Part shown: positions 54,187 through 63,604 of the stretch, piece by piece
Layout of the letters: every line of letters starts with the position of its first letter
How positions within the stretch are numbered: the stretch's first letter is position 1
DNA from: Candidatus Zixiibacteriota bacterium
GTDB taxonomy: Bacteria; Zixibacteria; MSB-5A5; GN15; JAAZOE01
Length of the DNA: 64,000 nt
Assembly: GCA_041394985.1 (NCBI GenBank)
Contig: JAWLBI010000001.1
Span: 2,198,882-2,262,881, forward strand
Reading direction: 5' to 3'
Notes under the pieces: generated by a model
Told to the model about the DNA's origin: nothing
Seen by the model: the letters and a program-made list of their open reading frames with translations, nothing else
Database searches by the model: none
Program-made: the position numbers and the translations under genes

Positions 54187-55647
54187 CTACTCATCCATAT
54201 CCGCCCCATAGTGTCTTGCACTGTCGAGACAGGTATTCGCTTCATTATAACGCCTGAGTTCTCGAAGAAGGCGGCCTTTGTTTAGCCAGGCATTGGCATA
54301 TGTATTATCGTAAACAAGACAACTATCATAGCTGTCTAATGCAGACATTTTCTTGCGGGCATGCCATAATTCATTGCCTCTGTTAAACCAACCATTCGGA
54401 TCATCGGGGACAAATGACAAATATCTGTCGTATGTCGCAACAGCGGAATTATATCGTTTCAATTCGCCTTCCGCGTATGCCCTCCCGAATATTGCCTCAT
54501 AGTATGTCGTATCAGCCGCCAAAGAACTATCAAAGTAAATCAGACCCTGTTCGTAAGCACCGGTCTTGACCAGCGACCAGGCAATAATATCTAAGGCGAA
54601 ATGAGAAGTCGGATACTCCTTCACATATCGCCGCATGCAATCTAATGCCTTTTCATAGTTACCCAACTCATAGTAACAATAGCCTCGACCATACCAGTTA
54701 ATATTGTCATACTTAAATGCACTGTCATAACATTCAAGGGCACTGGTATAGTCATCTATTAGTCGATAAGAATATGCGAGTTCGCCCCATGTATCACCAG
54801 ATTCCCCATAATACGATAAAGATGCAATAAAATCCTCTATTGCCGCGTCGTAATGCTCGATGTACTGATTTGCGAGACCCCGATTGAAGAACTCATACCA
54901 TAAATGGGTCGAATCATTTTCCAATGCGATAACCATATCATAACAGGCAACCGCCATCGAATCTGATGAATTATTCAGATATATGCACCCCAGGGTATGC
55001 CATGCCAATGGGGATAATGAATCAGTCGCAACCGCTTGTTTGCCGCAGATTATCGCCAACGACTCATTGTTCAGTTTTGAATACGCAAACGCCTTCCGAG
55101 AACTTAGTCGTACATCTTCACCGCCCCTATGGACCAAGGCTGAATCCGCATAGGCGATACTAGGTTCATACAGTCCGGAATCGTACAATGCTTCGGCTTT
55201 CCACAACCATCCTCGATAGTCATTCGGTTTCTCTCGTATTAGGCTATCGCAAATTAAAAGCGCTTGCACTATACTGTCATTTTTAAGCTGAATTTTCGCC
55301 AGGGCAAGGCGTGATTCAAAGTGGGCGGGCAAGCATTGAAGCGCATGAGTAAAACATTCTGTTGCTTCGTTGTACATATCTTGATCATAATTGTGCAAGC
55401 CTCGGGAATAATTTAATTGGAAATCATATTGCTCTAACGGAGCGGGGGGGGAATATCTACCTGACTCAACTCTGAAGTCCGAAATTGTGAGCTGTAACAG
55501 CCCATCAATAAGATCGCCCGTTTTGGCTGCGCAATGATCTGCATGTGACAATAGAAGGGGAAAGGCTATAAATAAAACCATAATTACAGTTAATACCCCG
55601 AGATTTCGTTTTGAGCGCATACGATTGGTGTCCATCGCATGCAACAT
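54187..55647 (-). CDS. secreted tetratricopeptide-repeat protein
   Basis: 486 aa with a signal/anchor helix and then about 10 TPR units (repeated W..G..Y....Y..A...Y..A pattern). Confidence 0.75.
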   Translation of the reverse strand: MLHAMDTNRMRSKRNLGVLTVIMVLFIAFPLLLSHADHCAAKTGDLIDGLLQLTISDFRVESGRYSPPAPLEQYDFQLNYSRGLHNYDQDMYNEATECFTHALQCLPAHFESRLALAKIQLKNDSIVQALLICDSLIREKPNDYRGWLWKAEALYDSGLYEPSIAYADSALVHRGGEDVRLSSRKAFAYSKLNNESLAIICGKQAVATDSLSPLAWHTLGCIYLNNSSDSMAVACYDMVIALENDSTHLWYEFFNRGLANQYIEHYDAAIEDFIASLSYYGESGDTWGELAYSYRLIDDYTSALECYDSAFKYDNINWYGRGYCYYELGNYEKALDCMRRYVKEYPTSHFALDIIAWSLVKTGAYEQGLIYFDSSLAADTTYYEAIFGRAYAEGELKRYNSAVATYDRYLSFVPDDPNGWFNRGNELWHARKKMSALDSYDSCLVYDNTYANAWLNKGRLLRELRRYNEANTCLDSARHYGADMDE

Positions 55648-55705
55648 AGTACATCAGAAAAATTATGTCAAATGATGAAATATAAATTAGTAGGCAATTA
55701 CCGCA

Positions 55706-56365
55706 TTATTGATCGGATCCCTGGGTGCCACCTGGAAAAATAACCGGATTCTGTCTCAATTGATCGACTCGTCTATTGAATGTCTGAAGAGTCTGTGTGG
55801 TCGGTTGATTACCGGCATCCCTGATTATCGCATCCAATTCCATTACCGCCGCACGTTTGTCCGTTATTTCTTTGTTTAAGTTGAGTCTGTTCTGCTCCAA
55901 TTCGGCATAGGATGTCTGAGCATATTTGATGGAATCTGCGTACTGTGCAAGGGTTGCTTTGGAACTCCGGATTTCGCCTTTTGATTGTTCTGCCTGTTGA
56001 GCCAACGTGACTAACTCCTCTTCAAGGCCTTGAATCACGAGATTCAGGCTGTCCTGCAAAATATTGAAATTATGATTGGCCATTTCCAATCGTTGTTCGG
56101 CGAGAGTGGTCATTTGTCCAGCCGCGCCAATAATCTCTTTTGTGAAGCTGATATACCAGGTGAGAATGGCCAACCCCGCAACGATTCCGGCTACGAACCA
56201 TTTAATGAATTGTTCTGTAGATATGAATTTTCTTTTGTGCGACTTCTCGAGTATCCTTGTTTCCATCGTGATTTTTTCTGCTTCGGCGAGTATCTTTTGC
56301 TTTTCCGCTTGTACAATAATGGGGTCCTTCGGTTGGGGCGCGGAATCATTGGCTTGGTCGCCCAT
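55706..56365 (-). CDS. hypothetical single-pass coiled-coil membrane protein
   Basis: 219 aa with one TM helix (FVAGIVAGLAILTWYISF). Long heptad-like Q/E/L-rich segments flank it. Confidence 0.45.
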   Translation of the reverse strand: MGDQANDSAPQPKDPIIVQAEKQKILAEAEKITMETRILEKSHKRKFISTEQFIKWFVAGIVAGLAILTWYISFTKEIIGAAGQMTTLAEQRLEMANHNFNILQDSLNLVIQGLEEELVTLAQQAEQSKGEIRSSKATLAQYADSIKYAQTSYAELEQNRLNLNKEITDKRAAVMELDAIIRDAGNQPTTQTLQTFNRRVDQLRQNPVIFPGGTQGSDQ

Positions 56366-56804
56366 AAGACACCTCCATTTGCGATACTATGAAGAGAATT
56401 AAGAATGATGTATATTACATTATACGCACAGGATATCCGAAGTAATGGCGCCATTAATTTCGTTTGTATAAATTCGTCCTGTGTGATATCGAAAATTGTA
56501 ATTAAATTGGACAATGCCCAACTGTTTAAAAACTGAAAATTATATAGTTTTCTTGATCTTTTGATTGGCGACCTACTTGCCTTTTTGATTGCGACTCATT
56601 ATATTACCACTCTTTATGACAAACGGGTTGATACACAAGACAGTGGTACGGGACAACAGGGAAGAGGCGCGAGTCTGCATATGAGGTGGAGTGCGTCTTT
56701 TTTTGTAGTGTTATTCGTATGCGATACAAAAGGATGTGAGAATAAAGAATCTACGAGTGTATAAAATTTCGTTTAACTTCAAGACTCATAACTGAGGTAC
56801 CCAC

Positions 56805-57851
56805 ATGGTTGGAATAGTTGGATATGGAGCGCATATCCCCCGGCATCGAATCAAAGTCGAGGAGATTGCTAAGGTTTGGGGAGCCGATGCGCCCAGCTAC
56901 AAAAAGGGTCTCATGCTTCGCGAAAAATCGGTACCGACACCGGACGTCGATACGATTACCCTGTCGGTCGGAGCGGCCAGAAATGCCTTGAAACGAGCCC
57001 TCATCGATCCGAAGGAAATCGGAGCCGTTTATGTCGGTTCGGAATCTCACCCGTATGCGGTAAAACCGTCCGGAACGACGGTTGCCGAAGCTATCGGCTG
57101 TGTGCCGGACTGTCATTGCGCCGACTTCGAATTCGCCTGTAAGGCCGGTTCGGAAGCAATGTTCGTGACCCTCGGTCTCGTCAAATCAGGATATTGCAAA
57201 TATGCCCTCGCTATCGGCGGCGATACATCGCAGGGTGCGCCCGGCGATGCCCTCGAATACAGCGCGGCGGCTGGTGCGGCAGCCTTTATCATGGGCAAAA
57301 AAGATCTCATCGCCGAGTGTCTGCACACCTATTCGTTCATGACCGATACGCCCGACTTCTGGCGGCGCGAACATGAATTTTATCCGCAACACGGCGGTCG
57401 TTTCACCGGCGAACCGGCCTATTTCCGCACCGTTACGGGCGCGGCGGCCGGCATTCTGAAAAAGGCCGGAATGAAACCTAAAGATTTCAAATACGTCATT
57501 TTCCATCAACCGAACGGGAAATTCCCTCAGCGCGTCGGCAAGATGCTCGGTTTCACCAAAGAACAGATTGAACCGGGTTGGCTCGCGCCGCGCCTCGGTA
57601 ACACCTACTCGGGTGCGTCGCCCATCGGGTTGACCTCGACTCTCGATATCTCCAAACCGGGCGACATGATCCTGATGATTTCCTACGGTTCCGGAGCCGG
57701 TTCCGACGCGTTCGTCTGGAAAGTCACCGATCGCATCAACGAAGCGCGCGATCTGGCCGTCCACACGACGACGCTTCTGGACAAGAATGTAACCTATGTC
57801 GATTACGGCACCTATGCCAAGTACCGGCACAAAATCCTGAAGAACAAGTAG
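56805..57851 (+). CDS. archaeal-type hydroxymethylglutaryl-CoA synthase
   Basis: 348 aa. [46 protein letters not shown] and HQPNGKFP match the archaeal/UPF0219 HMGCS family. Confidence 0.88.
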   Translation: MVGIVGYGAHIPRHRIKVEEIAKVWGADAPSYKKGLMLREKSVPTPDVDTITLSVGAARNALKRALIDPKEIGAVYVGSESHPYAVKPSGTTVAEAIGCVPDCHCADFEFACKAGSEAMFVTLGLVKSGYCKYALAIGGDTSQGAPGDALEYSAAAGAAAFIMGKKDLIAECLHTYSFMTDTPDFWRREHEFYPQHGGRFTGEPAYFRTVTGAAAGILKKAGMKPKDFKYVIFHQPNGKFPQRVGKMLGFTKEQIEPGWLAPRLGNTYSGASPIGLTSTLDISKPGDMILMISYGSGAGSDAFVWKVTDRINEARDLAVHTTTLLDKNVTYVDYGTYAKYRHKILKNK

Positions 57852-57864
57852 GAGGATGGAAAAG

Positions 57865-59025
57865 ATGAGAGATGTTGCTGTAGTCGGCATTGGCATTATG
57901 AAATGGGGAGAGCTGTGGGAGAAATCGTTCCGCGATATCTTCGTCGAAGCAGGTCTCAATGCCATGGATGATGCCGGCATTGATAAAATCGATTCTCTGA
58001 TCGTCGGTTGCATGACCGGCGGCCTGTTCGTCGGTCAGGAACACATCGGCGCATTGATGGCCGATTATCTCGGCCAGAAAAACATTCCGGCGGCGCACGT
58101 CGAATCGGCCTGCGCGTCAGGCGGTCTGGCTTTCCGCCAGGCGATGATCGAAGTCGCATCCGGCATGTCCGATATCGTCATGGCCGCGGGCGTCGAAAAG
58201 ATGACCGATACCTCCGGTGACGGCGCGACCTATGCGCTGGCCGGCGCGGCCGACCAGGAATACGAGGTATTCCACGGCGCGACCTTCCCGGGACTCTATG
58301 CGATGATGGCTCGGGCCTACATGGACAAATATAAAGTCACTCGCAAGCAGTTGTCGGCGATTCCGGTCAAAGCGCACCACAACGGTTCCATGAACCCGTA
58401 TGCGCAATATCCGTTCCCGATTACGCTCGATGCGGTCGCCGAAGGCGTCCTCGTGGCCGATCCGCTTCACATTCTGGACTGCTCACCGATTACCGACGGC
58501 GCAGCCGCCTGTATTCTGACGACAGTCGAAAACGCCAAGAAAATGAAAAAGCCGTATGTGAAAATCACCGGCTCGGCACTGGCGACCGATACGATTTCGC
58601 TCACGCAGCGCGAGAGCCTGTATTGGCTGAAATCGACCGAAATCGCCGGCAAGAAGGCATTGGCGATGGCCGGTCGCAAGCTGTCCGACATCAACTGCGT
58701 CGAGGTACACGACTGTTTCTCGATTGCTGAAGCGCTCGTCACCGAAGCGCTCGGTTTCTTCAAACCGGGTCAGGGTGTCAAGGCTGCTGCGGCAGGCGAG
58801 ACTGCGCTCGACGGCAAGATTCCGGTCAACCCGTCCGGCGGTCTGAAATCCAAAGGCCATCCGGTCGGCGCTACCGGCATCGGACAGGTCGTGGAGATCG
58901 TCAAACAGCTCCGCGGCGAAGCCGAAAACGGTCGGCAGATAAAAGGGTCTCCGAAAATCGGGATGACTCAGAACATGGGCGGCTCCGGCGCGTCAGCGGT
59001 GGTGCATATTCTGGAGGTGGTGTGA
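57865..59025 (+). CDS. archaeal-type acetoacetyl-CoA thiolase (SCP-x-like thiolase)
   Basis: The start [15 protein letters not shown] lies about 9 nt after aggagg. Catalytic Cys is in ESACASGG. The C-terminus has [14 protein letters not shown]. Confidence 0.85.
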   Translation: MRDVAVVGIGIMKWGELWEKSFRDIFVEAGLNAMDDAGIDKIDSLIVGCMTGGLFVGQEHIGALMADYLGQKNIPAAHVESACASGGLAFRQAMIEVASGMSDIVMAAGVEKMTDTSGDGATYALAGAADQEYEVFHGATFPGLYAMMARAYMDKYKVTRKQLSAIPVKAHHNGSMNPYAQYPFPITLDAVAEGVLVADPLHILDCSPITDGAAACILTTVENAKKMKKPYVKITGSALATDTISLTQRESLYWLKSTEIAGKKALAMAGRKLSDINCVEVHDCFSIAEALVTEALGFFKPGQGVKAAAAGETALDGKIPVNPSGGLKSKGHPVGATGIGQVVEIVKQLRGEAENGRQIKGSPKIGMTQNMGGSGASAVVHILEVV

Positions 59026-59420
59026 TGTTTCCATCAAGAATTTGGCGAGAAATGCCTCAGCGGTACCGCCTCGAAGCGTCGAAGTGCAAAAAGTGCGGGA
59101 AGTCATTTTATCCCCCGCGTCTGATCTGCGACAAATGCGGCAGCCGCAAGTTCGAATCTTACACTCTGCCCGAAGAAGGCAAACTGATGACGTTTACGGT
59201 TATCCGTACACCCGCGTCGCAGTTTTCCGACGAGGCTCCGTATGCCCTCGGTATCGTGAAATTTCCCGATGGCGTACAGATGATGGGACAGATTGTGGAT
59301 TGCGAATTCGATAAACTCAAAATCGGGCAAGCCATGCGCCTCGAATTCCGACGGATTCAGACGCACGAAAAGCACGGTGTTTTGAGTTACGCACACAAAT
59401 TCGTACCCAAATGGTATTAG
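59025..59420 (+). CDS. DUF35 zinc-ribbon/OB-fold protein (thiolase-HMGCS scaffold)
   Basis: CKKCG...CDKCG rubredoxin-like ribbon followed by an OB-fold region. The ATG overlaps the thiolase stop (TGATG). Confidence 0.85.
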   Translation: MFPSRIWREMPQRYRLEASKCKKCGKSFYPPRLICDKCGSRKFESYTLPEEGKLMTFTVIRTPASQFSDEAPYALGIVKFPDGVQMMGQIVDCEFDKLKIGQAMRLEFRRIQTHEKHGVLSYAHKFVPKWY

Positions 59421-59553
59421 AGAGTATGAGGGGGTTTCGTTGATGCGAAGCCCCCTTTTTCCTTTTGCGGCTCGCCCGCAGGGGTAAAAATCCATACGTT
59501 TACCGATTCACAGTCGCAGGACTTTGTCCGGGCGATCACACCGATGGTGAAGC

Positions 59554-61161
59554 ATGTTTAGAATTGATTCGAAAATCGATACCAACTCCGCCGCCTTCAA
59601 AGATAACGACAGATTGAACCGCGAAGCGGCCAGACTTTACAAGGAACGCCTCGAACAGATACAACTCGGCGGACCGGAAAAATCCCGCAAGCTCCACACC
59701 GATCGAGGAAAAATTCTACCGCGCGAGCGGGTCGAGCGGCTGCTCGATAAAAACACGCCGTTTCTGGAATTGTCGCCGCTGGCCGCATACGACATGTACA
59801 AGAATGAAGCCCCGGCCGCGGGAATGATCTCCGGCATCGGACTCATTCATGGCCGCGAGTGTATGATTGTCGCCAACGATGCGACGGTCAAAGGCGGCAC
59901 TTATTTCCCCGAGACGATTAAAAAGCATATTCGCGCGCAGGATATCGCTCTGGAAAACAATCTGCCCTGTATTTATTTGGTCGACTCCGGCGGCATCTTC
60001 CTGCCACAGCAGGCGGGAGTATTCGCCGACAAGGAACACTTCGGGCATATCTTCTTCAATCAGGCCCAATTATCGGCGCATCGCATTCCGCAGATTTCCG
60101 TCGTCATGGGCTCGTGTACCGCTGGTGGCGCATATGTTCCTGCAATGTCAGACGAGGCGGTCATTGTCCGTAAACAAGGCACAATTTTCATTGGCGGCCC
60201 GCCACTCGTTAAAGCAGCAACCGGCGAAGAAGTCTCCGCCGAAGACCTCGGCGGCGCCGATGTCCACTGCCGCATCTCCGGCGTGGCCGACCATTATGCA
60301 CAGAATGATGAACATGCCATTGCCATCACTCGAAATATTGTTGAAAATCTCGAACGACCGATAAAATTCCCGCTCGATATCTCTGATGTGGAAGAGCCGT
60401 ATTACGATCCCGAGGAACTCTATGGCGTCGTGCCGAATGATTTACGGCAACCCTATGATTGCCGAGAAGTCATCGCGCGACTGGTTGATGGTTCCAAATT
60501 CCAGGAGTTCAAAGAGCTCTATGGCGCGACTCTCGTCACCGGTTTTGCTCGAATCATGGGTTACCCGGTCGGTATCGTCGCCAACAACGGTATCCTGTTC
60601 AGCGAATCATCGCGCAAAGGCGCGCACTTTATTGAACTTTGCTCGCTGAGAAAAATCCCGCTGTTGTTCCTGCAAAATATCACCGGCTTCATCGTCGGCA
60701 AGCAGTACGAACACGGCGGTATCGCCAGCGACGGGGCCAAGATGGTCCATGCGGTCGCCAATGCGCAAGTACCGAAATTCACCGTCGTTATCGGCGGTTC
60801 TTACGGCGCAGGCAACTATGCCATGTGCGGCCGAGGATACGAACCGCGCCTCATGTGGATGTGGCCGATGGGCAAAATCGCCGTTATGGGCGGCGAACAG
60901 GCGGCCGGAGTGCTCGCCGATGTCCGCGTCGCGATCGAGGCGCGCAAAGGCAAAACACTGTCCGATGATGAAATCAAAGCCATCAAGCAGCCGATTCTGG
61001 ATCAATACGATTACGAATCATCGCCGTACTATGCGACGGCTCGCCTGTGGGACGACGGTATCCTCGATATGACCGAAACCCGCGAGGCCATCGCGCTGGG
61101 CATTGCGATGTCGCTCAACAAGCAGATTCCGGATCACAACTTCGGCGTCTTCAGGATGTAG
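59554..61161 (+). CDS. mccB: methylcrotonyl-CoA carboxylase carboxyltransferase (beta) subunit
   Basis: 535 aa. [53 protein letters not shown] and [26 protein letters not shown] closely follow MCC-beta sequences. Confidence 0.88.
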   Translation: MFRIDSKIDTNSAAFKDNDRLNREAARLYKERLEQIQLGGPEKSRKLHTDRGKILPRERVERLLDKNTPFLELSPLAAYDMYKNEAPAAGMISGIGLIHGRECMIVANDATVKGGTYFPETIKKHIRAQDIALENNLPCIYLVDSGGIFLPQQAGVFADKEHFGHIFFNQAQLSAHRIPQISVVMGSCTAGGAYVPAMSDEAVIVRKQGTIFIGGPPLVKAATGEEVSAEDLGGADVHCRISGVADHYAQNDEHAIAITRNIVENLERPIKFPLDISDVEEPYYDPEELYGVVPNDLRQPYDCREVIARLVDGSKFQEFKELYGATLVTGFARIMGYPVGIVANNGILFSESSRKGAHFIELCSLRKIPLLFLQNITGFIVGKQYEHGGIASDGAKMVHAVANAQVPKFTVVIGGSYGAGNYAMCGRGYEPRLMWMWPMGKIAVMGGEQAAGVLADVRVAIEARKGKTLSDDEIKAIKQPILDQYDYESSPYYATARLWDDGILDMTETREAIALGIAMSLNKQIPDHNFGVFRM

Positions 61162-61164
61162 ACT

Positions 61165-61956
61165 ATGGTAAAAGCATATACAACAGTAAAATTGGAAAAG
61201 AAGGGCCCGGTCGCATATGTCAGCTTCTGCCGACCGGAGATTCACAACGCCTTCAACGATACGCTCATCTTCGAGATGACCGACCTGTTTCAATCGTTGA
61301 AAGATGATAAGGACCTCCGGGTTATCGTACTGACCGGCGAAGGAAAATCGTTCTGCGCCGGGGCCGATTTGAACTGGATGCGCCGCGTCAAAGATTACAG
61401 CTACGAGAAAAACCTCGAGGAATCCCTCGCGCTGGCCGATCTGTTCTACCTGATATATACGATGCCGCTACCGGTCATTGGACGTATCAATGGAGCGGCC
61501 ATCGGAGGCGGCACCGGATTCGTATCCGTGTGCGATATTGCCGTCGCGGCCGAATCTGCCAAGTTTTCATTTTCCGAGGTAAAAATCGGCGTCGTTCCGG
61601 CCTGCATCGGGCCGTATGTGATTAAGAAAATCGGCGAGGGGAAAGCTCGCGAATTTTTCATCTCGGGCGAAAGGCTCACCGCTGCCGAGGCATATCGCAT
61701 CGGGCTGGTCAATCGGTATTATCCCGATTATGAACTCGATGAGGAAATCGATAATCTCATCAAGACGATTCTCTCGTCAGGACCGAATGCGATTAAAATG
61801 GCCAAGGAGTTAATCTCGAATGCGCCGCTTATGAAGCCGGATGAGTTCAAGCCGTATACCGCGGAAATGATTGCCAGACTCCGCAAGTCCGACGAGGGAC
61901 AGGAAGGCATGGACGCATTTTTGAACAAACGCAAACCAAACTGGGTGATGGAATAG
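61165..61956 (+). CDS. enoyl-CoA hydratase/isomerase family protein, probably methylglutaconyl-CoA hydratase
   Basis: 263 aa. Crotonase motifs are RPEIHNAF, TGEGKSFCAGADL and INGAAIGGG. The position between the MCC subunits matches liu-type clusters. Confidence 0.75.
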   Translation: MVKAYTTVKLEKKGPVAYVSFCRPEIHNAFNDTLIFEMTDLFQSLKDDKDLRVIVLTGEGKSFCAGADLNWMRRVKDYSYEKNLEESLALADLFYLIYTMPLPVIGRINGAAIGGGTGFVSVCDIAVAAESAKFSFSEVKIGVVPACIGPYVIKKIGEGKAREFFISGERLTAAEAYRIGLVNRYYPDYELDEEIDNLIKTILSSGPNAIKMAKELISNAPLMKPDEFKPYTAEMIARLRKSDEGQEGMDAFLNKRKPNWVME

Positions 61957-61957
61957 T

Positions 61958-63481
61958 ATGCCGGAATTATTCAAAAAAATATTAGTCGCCAACAGGGGAG
62001 AAATCGCGGTGCGTGTGCTGCGAGCCTGCCGCACGCTGGGCATCAAGACCGTGGCCGTCTATTCGACCGCCGACCGCTTCGCCGTCCACACCGTCATGGC
62101 CGATGAGTGCTATGAAATCGGACCGCCCCCGCCGCTGGAATCATATCTGTGTATCGAAAAAATCATCGATGCCGCCAAGAAGTCCGGTGCCGATGCCATC
62201 CATCCGGGATATGGATTCCTCGCCGAAAACGCGGCCTTTTCACAAGCGTGTATCGATTCCGGGATTGCCTTCATCGGGCCGTCGCCGCATTCGATCAAGC
62301 TCATGGGCAACAAGGTCGAATCGCGCAAGAAAATGGTCAATGCCGGAGTGCCGCTGATTCCGGGGATGAAAGGCGCAGGCAATAGTATCGAGGAATTCAA
62401 AAAAGTCGCCGATGAAGCCGGCTATCCCGTCCTCATCAAGGCCGCCGCAGGCGGCGGTGGTAAGGGCATGCGAGTCGTCCACAAGGCCGAAGACCTCGCT
62501 GATGCCGTCGACGGCGCCAAGCGCGAGGCGAAATCCGCCTTTGGTGATGATACCGTCTATCTGGAAAAATATATCATCGATCCGCGGCATATCGAATTTC
62601 AGGTCTTTGCCGATTCGTATGGCAATGCCGTGCATGTGTTCGAGCGGGAATGCTCGATTCAGCGCAGACATCAGAAAATCATCGAGGAAACGCCATCGGT
62701 CGCGGTTACTCCGGAGCTCCGCAAAAAGATGGGCGAGGCCGCCGTGGCCGTCGTCAAGGCCGCCGATTATGTCAATGCCGGGACGGTCGAATTCCTGCTC
62801 GATAAAGCGGGCAAGTTCTATTTCCTCGAAATGAACACCCGAATTCAGGTCGAACATCCCATCACCGAGGAAGTCGCCGGGGTGGATCTGGTCGCCGAGC
62901 AAATTCGTGTCGCATCGGGATTCCCGCTGTCCGAGCAGTTCAAAAATCTCACTCAGCGCGGTCATGCGATTGAGGCTCGAATCTATGCCGAGGATGCCGG
63001 TAATAATTTCATGCCGTCAATCGGTAAGATTCTGCTCTATCAGGAACCGACCGGACCGGGTGTACGAATCGATTCCGGCGTGCGGCAAAACTCCGAGGTC
63101 GGTATCGACTATGATCCGATCATGGCCAAGTTGATTTGCTGGGGCGAAGACCGCGATGCGGCCCGCGCCCGCCTGATTCGCGCGCTGTCCGAATACAAGA
63201 TTCTCGGCCTGCGCCATTCGATAAAATATCTGTCCGATATCGTCGCGCACGAGAAATTCGCGGCGGGCGAAACCTACACCGATTTCATTCCCCGGAATTT
63301 CGCCGACTGGTCGGATGGTGTCGAGGATAATCTGGAACCGGCACTGGCCGCTGCTGCAGTAGCGACTGCATCGGCCAAACCGGCCGCGGCCGCATCCGGC
63401 AATGGGCATATGATCGGTCGCAGTGAATACAACCCCTGGAAAACAATCGGCACCTGGCGCATCGGACAGAAAATCGGATAG
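61958..63481 (+). CDS. mccA: biotin carboxylase component of the acyl-CoA carboxylase alpha subunit (BC domain only)
   Basis: 507 aa. ILVANRGEIAVR, GYGFLAEN, KAAAGGGGKGMR and EMNTRIQVEHPITE. It stops after the BC domain, with no biotinyl domain in this ORF. Confidence 0.88.
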   Translation: MPELFKKILVANRGEIAVRVLRACRTLGIKTVAVYSTADRFAVHTVMADECYEIGPPPPLESYLCIEKIIDAAKKSGADAIHPGYGFLAENAAFSQACIDSGIAFIGPSPHSIKLMGNKVESRKKMVNAGVPLIPGMKGAGNSIEEFKKVADEAGYPVLIKAAAGGGGKGMRVVHKAEDLADAVDGAKREAKSAFGDDTVYLEKYIIDPRHIEFQVFADSYGNAVHVFERECSIQRRHQKIIEETPSVAVTPELRKKMGEAAVAVVKAADYVNAGTVEFLLDKAGKFYFLEMNTRIQVEHPITEEVAGVDLVAEQIRVASGFPLSEQFKNLTQRGHAIEARIYAEDAGNNFMPSIGKILLYQEPTGPGVRIDSGVRQNSEVGIDYDPIMAKLICWGEDRDAARARLIRALSEYKILGLRHSIKYLSDIVAHEKFAAGETYTDFIPRNFADWSDGVEDNLEPALAAAAVATASAKPAAAASGNGHMIGRSEYNPWKTIGTWRIGQKIG

Positions 63482-63533
63482 AGACAGGATAAGGACACGA
63501 AAGAATTATAGGCTATTAAGTCAGAAGAACCTC

Positions 63534-63572
63534 GTCATTGCGAGCCCTTCTTAGGGCGTCGCAATCTCAGGA
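63534..63572. repeat. hairpin module gtcattgcgagcccttcttagggcgtcgcaatctcagga
   Basis: Identical to 53324-53362. It lies in the 123-bp gap between the BC ORF and the BT/BCCP ORF. Confidence 0.85.
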
Positions 63573-63604
63573 TGCTGTGACAAGCTGAATGGCTGGAGAT
63601 TACC

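Noticed and set aside
57186-58013. 275-aa minus-strand ORF spanning the HMGCS/thiolase junction
   Set aside because: Antisense to two strongly supported genes, with an Arg-rich junk-like translation.
62240-62965. 241-aa minus-strand ORF opposite biotin carboxylase
   Set aside because: Antisense shadow of a highly conserved gene.
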